Shown here: in pieces, positions 1 to 10,296 of the stretch
Numbering within the stretch: position 1 is the stretch's first letter
Layout of the letters: every line of letters begins with the position of its first letter
Source of the DNA: an uncultured Candidatus Saccharibacteria bacterium
GTDB lineage: Bacteria > Patescibacteriota > Minisyncoccia > UBA6257 > 1-14-0-10-44-23
NCBI GenBank assembly: GCA_964394435.1
Contig: CAYMXN010000001.1
Location: 170,428 to 234,427, forward strand
Direction: 5' to 3'
DNA: 64,000 nucleotides
Translations under genes and position numbers: made by a program
The notes under the pieces: model-generated
Seen by the model: only the letters and a program-made list of their open reading frames with translations
Database searches by the model: none
What the model was told of the DNA's origin: nothing

Positions 1-948
1 ATGCTCAAGACATTTCTTGGCCCGGCAGAAGATGGAGCGAGTACGGTGTATTTCCGTCCGGAAACTGCGCAAGCGATGTTTGTTGATTTTAAAAATGTGT
101 TAGACACGTCCCGTAAACGTTTACCATTTGGTATCGCGCAGCAGGGTAAGGCGTTTCGTAATGAGATTACGCCGGGCAACTTTATTTTCCGTACGCGTGA
201 GTTTGAACAGATGGAGATTGAGTATTTTGTAAATCCAAAAGAGTGGAAGGAACACTTTGAGTATTGGCTTACCCAGATGAAGGCGTGGATTAAGGATCTG
301 GGTGTGCGTGATGAGCACGTGCACTATGTTGAGATTCCCGATGGAGACCGCGCGCACTATTCGCAACGTACCGTTGATGTTGAGTACGATTATCCGTTTG
401 GTCAGAAGGAGCTATATGGTATCGCGTATCGTGGAGATTATGATTTGAGTAATCATATGAAGTTGTCGGGCGAAGATTTGCAGTACACTGACCCAGTTTC
501 TAACGAGAAGTTTTTGCCGCATGTTATCGAGCCGACGTGGGGAGTAGATCGTAGTGTACTTGTGGCGATGCTTGAGGCGTATACGGAAGATACTGCGAAT
601 GAGCGCGTGTATATGAAGTTTCCAAAGTGGATGGCGCCGTATAAGGTTGCGGTATTCCCGTTATTAGCGAACAAGCCGCAGCTCGTTGAAAAAGCGAAGC
701 AGGTATTTGATATGCTTGCGCCAAACTTTACGACCGCGTGGGATGATCGAGGAAATGTTGGTAAGCGTTATTACGCACAAGATGAGATTGGTACGCCGTA
801 CTGCGTGACTGTTGATTTTGACACATTAGGAGAGAAGGGGCCGGAGCTCGCTGACACCGTTACGATTCGTGACCGAGATACGATGCAGCAAACACGTCTT
901 AAAATAAACGAGCTAGTTGCTTATTTGCAGAAAAATTTGAAGGCGTAG
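1..948 (+). CDS. glyQS: Glycine--tRNA ligase, alpha2 type (5'-truncated by window edge)
   Basis: RPETAQ, FRNEITP, REFEQMEIE, EPTWGVDR motifs and C-terminal anticodon-binding domain (GKRYYAQDEIGTP). Confidence 0.96.
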   Translation: MLKTFLGPAEDGASTVYFRPETAQAMFVDFKNVLDTSRKRLPFGIAQQGKAFRNEITPGNFIFRTREFEQMEIEYFVNPKEWKEHFEYWLTQMKAWIKDLGVRDEHVHYVEIPDGDRAHYSQRTVDVEYDYPFGQKELYGIAYRGDYDLSNHMKLSGEDLQYTDPVSNEKFLPHVIEPTWGVDRSVLVAMLEAYTEDTANERVYMKFPKWMAPYKVAVFPLLANKPQLVEKAKQVFDMLAPNFTTAWDDRGNVGKRYYAQDEIGTPYCVTVDFDTLGEKGPELADTVTIRDRDTMQQTRLKINELVAYLQKNLKA

Positions 949-1036
949 TAGTCAAAAAAAACCGCGTTATGCGGTTTTTTGTTTGACATAGTTCGTATCC
1001 ATTTGGTTTACTGCTGATAGTTCTTGGAGGTGAGTC

Positions 1037-1333
1037 ATGAGTGATCTCAACGAGAGGCGGCGGTTACGCGAAGGTCGGCAACTTGCTTTGAGTGCGGAGT
1101 TGCTTGCTGGGCGAGCAGAGATTGACGCGCTGCTTGTGCAGAGGGCGTCACTTCCTATGGGTGAAATTGATCGACTCATTCGGCTTGTGCGAACGCAGAT
1201 TGACCAAATGAGCGCTTGCTACGGCGTGCGACTAACCCCTGCACGAGCGGCGGAGTCCAACGAGAGCGAGCTTGATTTCCTCATGAGCGAGCTGGGTGCT
1301 CTCGAGGAGATGATTCTGTCTCTTCCGTCTTGA
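1037..1333 (+). CDS. Small orphan hypothetical protein
   Basis: TTGACA upstream (~983), GGAGG SD before ATG, terminator hairpin + T-tract at ~1339-1373. Confidence 0.65.
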   Translation: MSDLNERRRLREGRQLALSAELLAGRAEIDALLVQRASLPMGEIDRLIRLVRTQIDQMSACYGVRLTPARAAESNESELDFLMSELGALEEMILSLPS

Positions 1334-1441
1334 GTCTTTCCCGCACTGGCGATAGCTGGTGCGGGGATTTTTTATGTATGCGTGATTTGAAATCTAGCGC
1401 TTACTTCCTTATCATTAGTTTAGTTCCTTAGGAGAAGAGTC

Positions 1442-1663
1442 ATGGATGAGTCAATTCGCAGTCAGTTTGCTCGACGAGGCGAGCTGTCTCCTGTCGAGCT
1501 CGCAGATCTCGAGGCTCGGATCAGGGAAGCGCTTCGTGCAAGGCGAGGGCGTTTTGGTGGGATTTCGGGAAATGGCGGAGGTGCCATCACAGTTCTTGAG
1601 CGCCTCTATTACGATCTCCTTTCTACTGAGACGGTTAAGAGGAATGCTGGGCGATTTTTTTAG
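1442..1663 (+). CDS. Small orphan hypothetical protein
   Basis: TTGAAA-N17-TATCAT promoter, AGGAG SD, leader similar to that of the 1037 ORF. Confidence 0.55.
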   Translation: MDESIRSQFARRGELSPVELADLEARIREALRARRGRFGGISGNGGGAITVLERLYYDLLSTETVKRNAGRFF

Positions 1664-1704
1664 TGCACGCGCTTTTCTCAATAATCATCTTCTGGAGGTA
1701 AGCG

Positions 1705-2118
1705 ATGCGGCCGAAAATTCCGGTGGTTGATGGATTGAGCTGTGCGATTTCGAGGCTCGTTTATCTCGTCGCAGGCCTTCTTGAAGAACATTTCAAGAAG
1801 CTCAAGCTGGTTTCTCCTTATGACTATGCCGGGTTCGACTTGGAGGTGGTTGATCGCGAGGAGGCGTATGTAGCTCTGAAGATACGCCCGCGAGGATGGG
1901 GAGAGGTTGCTGAAATCTATGCGACCTTTCATCGTCAGAATCGGCATGGGAAATACTGGAGCTGGTCTTTCGGTGGGGGGAGGGTTCTCGCTCCCGGAGC
2001 TTGTGGATGGCTCTCCTTTGAGCCGATGCGAGATGCTGCTACCGGAAAGATAATTCTCGGGAAGGTTGTTTCGCCGGCGCAGAAGGTTCCGCTTACAACT
2101 GCGGATATCCCGGTTTAG
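1705..2118 (+). CDS. Hypothetical protein
   Basis: GGAGGT SD, 137 aa ORF, terminator hairpin at ~2145-2180. Confidence 0.6.
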   Translation: MRPKIPVVDGLSCAISRLVYLVAGLLEEHFKKLKLVSPYDYAGFDLEVVDREEAYVALKIRPRGWGEVAEIYATFHRQNRHGKYWSWSFGGGRVLAPGACGWLSFEPMRDAATGKIILGKVVSPAQKVPLTTADIPV

Positions 2119-2213
2119 CGTGTGTCTTGAAAATTGATTGTTTTGCCCCGAGGGTCTGACTCTCGGGGCGCTATCTTTTTAAAAATGCAATTTACGTTTA
2201 TACTCACATCTAT

Positions 2214-3485
2214 ATGAAACCATTTTCGAAAATGACACTGCCGAACGGCCTGAAGATTATTACGGTTCCGCAGGCTGGTGCGGTAGCGATGACTGTGCTG
2301 ACACTAGTTGAGTGTGGGAGTAAGTATGAGGAGAAGCGGATTAATGGTATCTCGCACTTTTTAGAGCACCTATGTTTTAAGGGTACGACGAATCGTCCTA
2401 AGCCGAGTATGATTGCGGGTGAGCTAGATGGCCTTGGTGCGCAGTCAAACGCATTTACGAGTCATGAGTATACCGGTTATTACGCCAAGGTGAGTGCGGA
2501 TAAGGGAGAAAAGGCTTTGGAGATTATTGCGGATTTATATATGAATCCGATTTTTGATGCTGATGAGATTGAGCGTGAAAAGGGTGTGATTATTGAAGAG
2601 ATTAATATGTACGAGGATATGCCTCAACGGAAGATTGGTGATTACTTTATGTCGCTTTTATATGGAGACCAGCCGGCCGGTTGGGATATTGCCGGTGAGC
2701 GCGAGCTTATCAAGAAGATGATGCGTGAGGATATTGTGAAATATCGGAGTCAGCACTATTTACCGGCTGCCACTACGTTGGTTATTGCTGGCGGTTTTGA
2801 TGAGCAAAAGATTATTGCGCGGGCTCAAGAGTTATTTGGGACGATGGCCGGAGGCGTTAAGGCGGGTAAGGTGGCGGTTAAGGAAAGCCAGAGTGAGCCG
2901 GCGGTATTTTTGAAATACAAGAAATCTGATCAGGCACATATTGTACTTGGTGTTCGGGCGTTTGATTTGAGCGATGATCGTCGTTATGTGATTGAGGTCT
3001 TGGGCGATATTTTAGGAGGCGGTATGAGCTCGAGGTTGTTCCAGTTGCTCCGAGAAAAGTACGGCGCAGCGTATTACGTCCGCGCGGGAGCTGATTTGTA
3101 TACGGACCATGGTTATTTTGCCGCATCAGCTGGACTTGAGCTTTCCAAGGCCCAGATGGTAATTAGTGAGATCTTGAAAGAGTTCAAGCGTCTGACGACT
3201 GAACTTGTTTCTCCGGAAGAGCTGGCGCGCGCAAAGAGCCATATGATTGGCAACTTACTTTTAGGCTTGGAGGGTTCGGACGACTTGGCGGTATTTTATG
3301 GAACACAGGAAGTGCTTCGTCATACTGTTATGACGACTGATGATTTGATTGCGGCGGTTAACAAGGTGACCGCGGAAGAGATTCGTGATTTGGCGAAATT
3401 CTTATTTGTGAAAGAAAAATTAAACTTGGCGATTATCGGCCCGTACGAGCAGGTGGATGAGTTTAAGAAGTTGCTCGTGCTCTAG
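2214..3485 (+). CDS. M16 family zinc peptidase
   Basis: HxxEH motif (HFLEH), NAFTS, GGGMSSRLF. Confidence 0.95.
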   Translation: MKPFSKMTLPNGLKIITVPQAGAVAMTVLTLVECGSKYEEKRINGISHFLEHLCFKGTTNRPKPSMIAGELDGLGAQSNAFTSHEYTGYYAKVSADKGEKALEIIADLYMNPIFDADEIEREKGVIIEEINMYEDMPQRKIGDYFMSLLYGDQPAGWDIAGERELIKKMMREDIVKYRSQHYLPAATTLVIAGGFDEQKIIARAQELFGTMAGGVKAGKVAVKESQSEPAVFLKYKKSDQAHIVLGVRAFDLSDDRRYVIEVLGDILGGGMSSRLFQLLREKYGAAYYVRAGADLYTDHGYFAASAGLELSKAQMVISEILKEFKRLTTELVSPEELARAKSHMIGNLLLGLEGSDDLAVFYGTQEVLRHTVMTTDDLIAAVNKVTAEEIRDLAKFLFVKEKLNLAIIGPYEQVDEFKKLLVL

Positions 3486-3570
3486 GAGATTGTAAGAACA
3501 TTTTTCGCGTGGTATTTTTTCATTGGCACATTGAGTTGCTAGTAATTTGGCTAGCACGAAAGGAGTGATT

Positions 3571-3867
3571 ATGAGTATTTGTGGTTGGGTGGCGAATGAT
3601 CCCGATCCTGACTCCGATATTGAGCCCAGCCTTGAAGCAGTTGAGCTTGCGACCGTGCAGTATCGGGTTGCGTATGAACCACACCGGGCGCGGCAGCTTT
3701 GCTCTCTAATTAGTAGCCGCATACAGGCTTTTGCGAGGCGTTATCCCCAAATTGCGATGCCTGGCGGTAAGGGCCTCGAGAATCCTTTTTTGGCGATCTC
3801 CTTGCTTGCGCAGCTCGAGCAGAAGATTCGTGATATGCACGATTGGGGCTGGCTTTTGGCGGGGTAG
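3571..3867 (+). CDS. Small orphan hypothetical protein
   Basis: AAGGAG SD before ATG 3571; terminator hairpin at ~3871-3912. Confidence 0.6.
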   Translation: MSICGWVANDPDPDSDIEPSLEAVELATVQYRVAYEPHRARQLCSLISSRIQAFARRYPQIAMPGGKGLENPFLAISLLAQLEQKIRDMHDWGWLLAG

Positions 3868-3960
3868 TCCAACGGGTGGCGTCATATATTTGACTGTCAC
3901 CCGTTTTCTTTTTCGTATTGTGTAAGGTACAATACAAATAGTTTATTAATACGTAGTGCA

Positions 3961-4992
3961 ATGGAGGCAAAAGAATTTTCAATAAGTTGGGGTTCACTGT
4001 GGCGCATCGTCGCTATGGTGAGCTTGGTTGGTATCTTGTATGCATCAAGCTCTATCTTGGTGGCACTTTTTGTTGCGATTATTGTTTCTGCGGCGCTTGA
4101 TCCGTTTGTAAGTTGGTTGGAGAAAAAACGCATCCCGCGTATCTTGGGTACTTTGGCGATTTATATCATCGCTATTTTCGGCATCGCCTTAGTGATTTAT
4201 ATCGTTGTTCCGATTTTTCTCGTCCAGCTTAATAGTTTATTGAGTAATTCGGGTGACGTCGTAGGTAGTTTCTTTGGTTCGTTTAATGCGAGCTCTTCGC
4301 AGATTTTGGCGCAGATTAACGGATATGTAGATGAGCTGACGGCGACACTTTTGAGTGGAAAAATTACGCTGCTTAATATTGTGGCGAAGTTTCTTGGTGG
4401 ATTTATTCTCACCGTAGTTGTCTTTGTCCTTTCATTTTATCTGACGGTTGGGCGCGATGGGGTTGAGAAGTTTTTGATTGCCGTGTTGCCGTATAATACG
4501 CAACCGCGCGTGCTCGATATTTACGAGCGAGTCCGAGTAAAGATTAGTCGATGGTTTATTGGACAGATGTTTTTAAGTTTGATTGTTGGTATCGCCGTAT
4601 TTATCGGACTTTCGATTCTTGGCGTAAAATACAGTCTTTTACTTGGTGTAGTCGCCGGATTGTTTGAGATTATTCCATATGTCGGGCCGATTTTTTCCGG
4701 TGGCTTGGCGATTTTATTTGCGCTCACTACGTCGCCGACGCTTGGATTGTATACGCTCCTTTTGTTCGTTGCGATTCAGCAGCTTGAGAGTCATTTGCTG
4801 ATTCCTCAAGTTATTGGGTATACGACTAACCTAAGTCCGGTGGTTGTACTTGTGGCACTTCTGATTGGTGGGCAGGTATTGGGAATTGTCGGTGTACTTA
4901 TCTCGGTGCCTTCGGCGGTGTTGTTCCAAGAGATTCTGCGTGCGTGGTCTGGGTCGCATGCGCATACGCGCCCACTTGATAGCGCGGTCTAG
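3961..4992 (+). CDS. AI-2E family (PerM/UPF0118) transporter
   Basis: Multi-TM protein with IPYVGP and QQLESHLLIP motifs. Confidence 0.92.
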   Translation: MEAKEFSISWGSLWRIVAMVSLVGILYASSSILVALFVAIIVSAALDPFVSWLEKKRIPRILGTLAIYIIAIFGIALVIYIVVPIFLVQLNSLLSNSGDVVGSFFGSFNASSSQILAQINGYVDELTATLLSGKITLLNIVAKFLGGFILTVVVFVLSFYLTVGRDGVEKFLIAVLPYNTQPRVLDIYERVRVKISRWFIGQMFLSLIVGIAVFIGLSILGVKYSLLLGVVAGLFEIIPYVGPIFSGGLAILFALTTSPTLGLYTLLLFVAIQQLESHLLIPQVIGYTTNLSPVVVLVALLIGGQVLGIVGVLISVPSAVLFQEILRAWSGSHAHTRPLDSAV

Positions 4993-5027
4993 GCGGTTTA
5001 TAGTTGTCTGCGAAACTATCTAATTCT

Positions 5028-6476
5028 ATGAAATTTTATCTGACTGCAGCGATTCCATATGTAAATGCGAAGCCGCACATCGGGCATGCGCAGGAGCTTG
5101 TTCAGGGTGATGTTATTGCCCGTTTTCGCAAATCGCTTGGCGATGATGTTTCATACATTACCGGTTCTGATGAAAACTCGCTTAAAATTGTTCAGGCGGC
5201 GGAAAAAGAAGGATTGTCTGCTGATCAACTTGCTGTTAAATACGGAAAATCGTTTCAGGATTTAATTGCGGCGCTTCATATCAGCATTGATGTGTTTCAG
5301 CGCTCGAGTGCGGCTAATAACGCTGCGTCTGCTCAAGAGTTGTGGAAGCGCTGCGAGGCGAATGGTGATATTTATAAGAAAACATATAAAGGGTTGTACT
5401 GTGTTGGTTGTGAAGCGTTTTATACCCTTGATGAGCTTAATGAAAAGGGTGAGTGTTTTGAACATCCAGGTAAAAAGCTCGATGAGGTTGAAGAGGAAAA
5501 CTATTTCTTTAAACTTTCCCGCTATCAAGCAATGCTTGAGGATTTAATCACTTCTGGGACGTATGCTATTTCTCCGGCGTTTCGTAAAAATGAGGCGCTT
5601 GGATTTATCAAGCAGGGCCTTCAGGATTTTTCAATTTCACGTAGTAAAGAGCGAGCAAAGGGTTGGGGTGTCCCGGTGCCGGGCGATGAGAGTCAGATTA
5701 TGTATGTTTGGTTTGATGCGCTCAATGTCTATCGTTCGGCGATGCCTGATAAGTGGCCAGCTGATTTGCATATTATCGGTAAGGGCATTTTCCGTTTCCA
5801 TGCTATTTATTGGCCGGCTATTTTATTGTCTGCGCGACTTCCGCTTCCTAAGAAGTTATTTGTGCATGGATATTTTACGGTGAATGGACAGAAGATGAGC
5901 AAGACGCTTGGCAATGTGGTTGATCCGATGGAACTTATCGTGAAGTATGGTTCTGATGCGGTTCGCTATTTCTTGCTTCGCGAGATTCCGTCTGATGGTG
6001 ATGGAGATTTTAGCGAAGAGAAGTTTAAGATTCGTTATAATGCTGATCTTGCAAATGGTATTGGTAATTTTGCGGCGCGTGTTCTAACGCTCGCTCAAAC
6101 GTTTGGTGCGCTATCGTTTGATTTTGAGCAAAAAATCGAAATTGAAACGCTTAAGGCGATCGAGGCTGCGAATGCCGAGGTGCCAAAGTGTATTGGTGAG
6201 CTAGATTTCTATAACGCTTTGTTGGCGATTTGGAAGCTGATTGGATATGGCGATGGATACGTAAATGCTAAGAAGCCATGGGAGTTGCCAGCGGGATCTC
6301 CTGAACAGGGGGCGGCGCTCGTCAGTTTACTCTATATTTTATACACTGCTTCGAGTTTGTTGATGCCGTTTTTGCCAGAGACTGCTGTAAAAATTCAGGC
6401 GTGTATTGCTATCGATAAAGAAAAGAAAGAGTATCGTTGTTCAAAGCCAAGCGCGTCTCTTTTCCCGCGATTGTAA
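5028..6476 (+). CDS. metG: Methionine--tRNA ligase (short form)
   Basis: HIGH and KMSKT motifs, YVWFDAL, CxxC knuckle. Confidence 0.96.
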   Translation: MKFYLTAAIPYVNAKPHIGHAQELVQGDVIARFRKSLGDDVSYITGSDENSLKIVQAAEKEGLSADQLAVKYGKSFQDLIAALHISIDVFQRSSAANNAASAQELWKRCEANGDIYKKTYKGLYCVGCEAFYTLDELNEKGECFEHPGKKLDEVEEENYFFKLSRYQAMLEDLITSGTYAISPAFRKNEALGFIKQGLQDFSISRSKERAKGWGVPVPGDESQIMYVWFDALNVYRSAMPDKWPADLHIIGKGIFRFHAIYWPAILLSARLPLPKKLFVHGYFTVNGQKMSKTLGNVVDPMELIVKYGSDAVRYFLLREIPSDGDGDFSEEKFKIRYNADLANGIGNFAARVLTLAQTFGALSFDFEQKIEIETLKAIEAANAEVPKCIGELDFYNALLAIWKLIGYGDGYVNAKKPWELPAGSPEQGAALVSLLYILYTASSLLMPFLPETAVKIQACIAIDKEKKEYRCSKPSASLFPRL

Positions 6477-6517
6477 ACAAAAATGAGTCCAACATGGATT
6501 CATTTTTGTTTTAGAAA

Positions 6518-6635
6518 TTAAAAGGGGGTCGACAACTCGCGTTGACGACCCCAGGCTTTCAGGGGAACTCCGGTTGGGAGGGTTGGCAGGAGGAACGTCG
6601 GGGGACGTTTCCGAAGCTCGACCCTGATTGGCCAT
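6518..6635 (-). ncRNA. Putative ~115-nt small RNA with C-rich loops
   Basis: TATGAT -10 at 6642-6647, hairpin AACGTC-CCCC-GACGTT, terminator 6521-6553; the only ORF runs through the terminator into metG antisense. Confidence 0.4.
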
Positions 6636-6657
6636 ATATCTATCATACCATTCTTTC

Positions 6658-6902
6658 CTAAAAAAACAACCGCGTCACATTGAAGTGAAGCGCGGTCATT
6701 GGGCTGTCCCGAGGGTGTGGGAGGGAGGAGGTTGCGGCTGCGTGCGTAGTCGTCGATGCACATGGGGTGCTGACGGGGTTGCGCGCCACTAACCTTAGTA
6801 CACTGGAGGAGCTTCGTGTCTGCTCCTAAGATTGGTCAGTCTGGGAAGAAGTCGCCCGGACTGGATCTTTGTTTTTCCCTACCCACACCTGGGAGGTAAT
6901 GT
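6658..6902 (-). ncRNA. Putative ~240-nt structured RNA
   Basis: TTGACG upstream, closing stem GGTGTGGG/CCCACACC, terminator ACCGCG...CGCGGT + T-tract, no fitting ORF. Confidence 0.5.
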
Positions 6903-6972
6903 ATATTGTTCTCTTTTTGAGTCTTTTCGTCAAGGGCTTGTGGATAACTCTAAAATTGCTAGTATTTAAGCT

Positions 6973-7815
6973 ATGTTTGATGCGCATACGCACGTTCACT
7001 TTCCCGCTTTTGATGCTGACAGGCCAGAAGTGATGAAACGTGCTCAAAAAGAAGGAATTAAAATGATTACGGTTGGTACTCAGCTCTCCACTTCTCGTGG
7101 GGCGATTGAGTTTGCGCGAAAATATCCGGGCGAGGTTTGGGCGACGGTCGGATTTCATCCCGGACACGTTGGTAGTGCTGAAACGTGGCATCATGATGCC
7201 AAGGAGCAGAAAGAGTCTGTCAAAGAGTCGTTTGATGCCGATGCGTTTGCAGAGCTTGCTGACGACGAGCGAGTGGTTGCGATTGGCGAGTGTGGTCTCG
7301 ACTACTATCGTTTTGACGGATTGACCGAACGACAAGTGATGCTTTTAAAAGAAGAGCAGAAAAATGTGTTTATCGCCCAGGCGCAAATTGCCTTAAGTGT
7401 TGGGAAGGCGCTGATGATTCACTGTCGACCCTCGAAAGGAACGGATGACGCGTATGAAGACTTACTTTCTATATTATCGGCTCCGATTTATGCGCCGCTG
7501 AAAAAAGTGCTGCATTTTTATGTTGGTTCATCGGCGATGACGAAGAAATTTGTTGATGCTGGTTTTTATTTTACCTTTGGTGGCGTTATCACCTTTAGTA
7601 GAGATTATGATGCAACAATTGCGGTGATTCCGATGGATAGGATATTAATGGAGACTGATGCGCCATATGTGGCGCCAATGCCGTACCGAGGCAAGCGAAA
7701 CGAACCATCTTTTGTTGTTGAGTCAGCTAAAAAAATGGCGGAGCTCAAGGGGGTTAGCTATAATGAGATGGAGCGAATTACTGAAGAGAACACTAAACAT
7801 GTTTTTAGCATTTAA
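6973..7815 (+). CDS. tatD: TatD family deoxyribonuclease
   Basis: DAHTH, GFHP, GECGLDYY, ETDAPY, RGKRNEP motifs. Confidence 0.95.
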   Translation: MFDAHTHVHFPAFDADRPEVMKRAQKEGIKMITVGTQLSTSRGAIEFARKYPGEVWATVGFHPGHVGSAETWHHDAKEQKESVKESFDADAFAELADDERVVAIGECGLDYYRFDGLTERQVMLLKEEQKNVFIAQAQIALSVGKALMIHCRPSKGTDDAYEDLLSILSAPIYAPLKKVLHFYVGSSAMTKKFVDAGFYFTFGGVITFSRDYDATIAVIPMDRILMETDAPYVAPMPYRGKRNEPSFVVESAKKMAELKGVSYNEMERITEENTKHVFSI

Positions 7816-7817
7816 CT

Positions 7818-10286
7818 ATGAAGTATGATTTTTCCGAAATAGAAAAGCGCTGGCAGGCCGAGTGGGAAACGTTGGGTATTTATAATGCGAAAGGGAATCC
7901 TTCGGCTGGCTCAGAACAAGCGGGTAAAAAATGGTACTCGTTATTTGAGTTTCCTTATCCATCTGGCGATGGTCTGCATGTCGGACATTTGCGGCCATAT
8001 ATTGGTATGGATGTTATTTCGCGTAAGAAGCGCATGGAGGGTTATGACGTGTTGTTTCCAATTGGTTGGGACGCGTTTGGTTTACCGACCGAGAACTATG
8101 CGATTAAAAATGGTATTTCTCCGGAGGTAGCTACAAAAAAGAATACTGATAACTTCCGTAGACAGTTTAAATCGTTTGGCCCATCGCTTGATTGGAGTCG
8201 GGAGATAGATACGACCGATCCGAACTACTATAAATGGACGCAGTGGATGTTTTTAAAGTTTTTTGAAAAGGGAATGGCGTATAAGGCGAAGACGTATATT
8301 AACTGGTGTCCAAAAGACAAGATTGGTTTAGCGAATGAAGAAGCAGCTGGCGGTGTGTGCGACCGCTGTGGTGGCCCGGTTGAGAAGCGCGAAAAAGAGC
8401 AGTGGATGATTTCGATTACGAAGTATGCGGATAAACTTCTCGATGGTTTGAAGGACGTTGATTATATTTCGCAGGCGAAAATTCAGCAGGAAAACTGGAT
8501 TGGGCGCTCTGAAGGTGCGGAGATTGAGTTTAAGTTAAAAGGTATTGTAAAAAGTTCTGACGGAAAGCCACTTACTATTGGCGTTTTTACAACGCGACCA
8601 GATACGATATTCGGTGCGACATATCTCGTGTTGGCGCCCGAGCATGACTTTATAGCAGGCCTTATTAAAGGTCTCTTCCCATTGCTTAACCGAGAAGAAG
8701 TTATTACGTATGTAGAAGCGGCGCGAAAGAAGTCTGAAGACGAACGTAATTCGGCTGACAAAGAAAAGACTGGCGTCGAGCTTAAAGGTATTAAGGCGAT
8801 TAACCCGGCGACCAATGAAGAGATTCCGGTGTATGTTGCTGACTATGTGCTGACTGGATATGGAACCGGAGCGATTATGGCGGTGCCGCAGCATGATGAG
8901 CGTGATCAGGCTTTTGCTAAAAAGTTTAATTTACCGATTGTTGATAAGCCCCTTGTTTCGGTAGATGAGGTGATGCAGATTACTGGTGGTAAAAAAACAG
9001 TGAAGTATAAACTTCGCGACTGGGTGTTTTCTCGTCAGCGCTATTGGGGTGAACCGATTCCGCTTGTGTATTGCGAGCAGTGCGCATCGATGCATAATCA
9101 TCGGACTATTGCCAACGAAGGTGAGCGCCTGAACCCAGGATGGTTTGCTGTTGTTGATGCAGCGTTGCCAGTTGTGTTGCCGAAAGTAGAAAAGTACCAG
9201 CCGACTGATACGGGTGAGTCGCCACTGGCAAATATGACCGAGTGGGTGAACACGACGTGTCCAAACTGCAAGGGACCTGCCAAGCGCGAGACTGATACGA
9301 TGCCAAACTGGGCGGGAAGTTCCTGGTACTTTTTGCGTTATACCGACCCGGCTAATATGAAAGAGTTTGCGAGTACGGAAGCACTTAAAAATTGGATGCC
9401 GGTTGATTGGTATAACGGAGGAATGGAGCACACGGTGTTGCACCTTTTGTATTCGCGATTTTGGAATATGTTTTTGTACGATTGCGGACTTGTTCCAACG
9501 AGTGAGCCGTATAAAAAGCGAACTTCACACGGTCTTATTTTGGCCGAGGGTGGGGTGAAGATGAGTAAGTCAAAGGGCAACGTGATTAGTCCGGATGATA
9601 TTATCGCTGAATATGGTGCGGACGCTTTACGTACCTATGAGATGTTTATGGGTCCGTTCGAGCAGGCGATCGCGTGGGATAAACGGGGTATTTTAGGTAC
9701 AGTCCGTTTCCTTGAGAAGGTTTGGAATATTGCGACGCATACGGTTGACGGTGAAAGTAAGGCGGGAAACTCTTCGGTTGCTACCTCGGAGCGATTGTCC
9801 TCGCCGAACAATCGGACGACTGATAAAGAACTTACTGCGCTACTTCATAAGACGATTAAGAAGGTTTCGGCGGATATCGAGGCGATGGCGTTTAACACCG
9901 CGATCAGTACTTTGATGATTTTTATCAACAAGTGCGATGAGTATCGTTCGATTGATTCGAAGACTATTTGGGCGCCATTTTTACAGTTGCTCGCACCATT
10001 TGCCCCGCATATGGCGGAAGAGTTATGGATGAAGCTTGGTAATACAACTTCTATTCATATTTCGAATTGGCCGGTTGCTGACGAGAAGCTCCTTGTTGAA
10101 GATACGTTTGAATTGATTATTCAGGTTAATGGAAAGATGCGCGATAAGGTGAGTGCTCCGATTGGTATTTCACAAGCTGATGCCGAGGTGTTGGCGCTTG
10201 GTCGCGATGAGGTGAAAAAATGGATTAGCGGAACTCCAAAGAAAGTTATTTTCGTCGAGAATCGCTTGATTAATTTTATTGTGTAA
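7818..10286 (+). CDS. leuS: Leucine--tRNA ligase
   Basis: FPYPSG..HVGH, TTRPDT editing domain, GTGAIMAVP, KMSKS. Confidence 0.97.
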   Translation: MKYDFSEIEKRWQAEWETLGIYNAKGNPSAGSEQAGKKWYSLFEFPYPSGDGLHVGHLRPYIGMDVISRKKRMEGYDVLFPIGWDAFGLPTENYAIKNGISPEVATKKNTDNFRRQFKSFGPSLDWSREIDTTDPNYYKWTQWMFLKFFEKGMAYKAKTYINWCPKDKIGLANEEAAGGVCDRCGGPVEKREKEQWMISITKYADKLLDGLKDVDYISQAKIQQENWIGRSEGAEIEFKLKGIVKSSDGKPLTIGVFTTRPDTIFGATYLVLAPEHDFIAGLIKGLFPLLNREEVITYVEAARKKSEDERNSADKEKTGVELKGIKAINPATNEEIPVYVADYVLTGYGTGAIMAVPQHDERDQAFAKKFNLPIVDKPLVSVDEVMQITGGKKTVKYKLRDWVFSRQRYWGEPIPLVYCEQCASMHNHRTIANEGERLNPGWFAVVDAALPVVLPKVEKYQPTDTGESPLANMTEWVNTTCPNCKGPAKRETDTMPNWAGSSWYFLRYTDPANMKEFASTEALKNWMPVDWYNGGMEHTVLHLLYSRFWNMFLYDCGLVPTSEPYKKRTSHGLILAEGGVKMSKSKGNVISPDDIIAEYGADALRTYEMFMGPFEQAIAWDKRGILGTVRFLEKVWNIATHTVDGESKAGNSSVATSERLSSPNNRTTDKELTALLHKTIKKVSADIEAMAFNTAISTLMIFINKCDEYRSIDSKTIWAPFLQLLAPFAPHMAEELWMKLGNTTSIHISNWPVADEKLLVEDTFELIIQVNGKMRDKVSAPIGISQADAEVLALGRDEVKKWISGTPKKVIFVENRLINFIV

Positions 10287-10296
10287 ATTGCTTTTA

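Noticed and set aside
6939-6948. DnaA-box-like TGTGGATAA (also ~11616 and ~50924)
   Set aside because: Isolated single boxes, no dnaA, and gene orientation suggests terminus rather than origin
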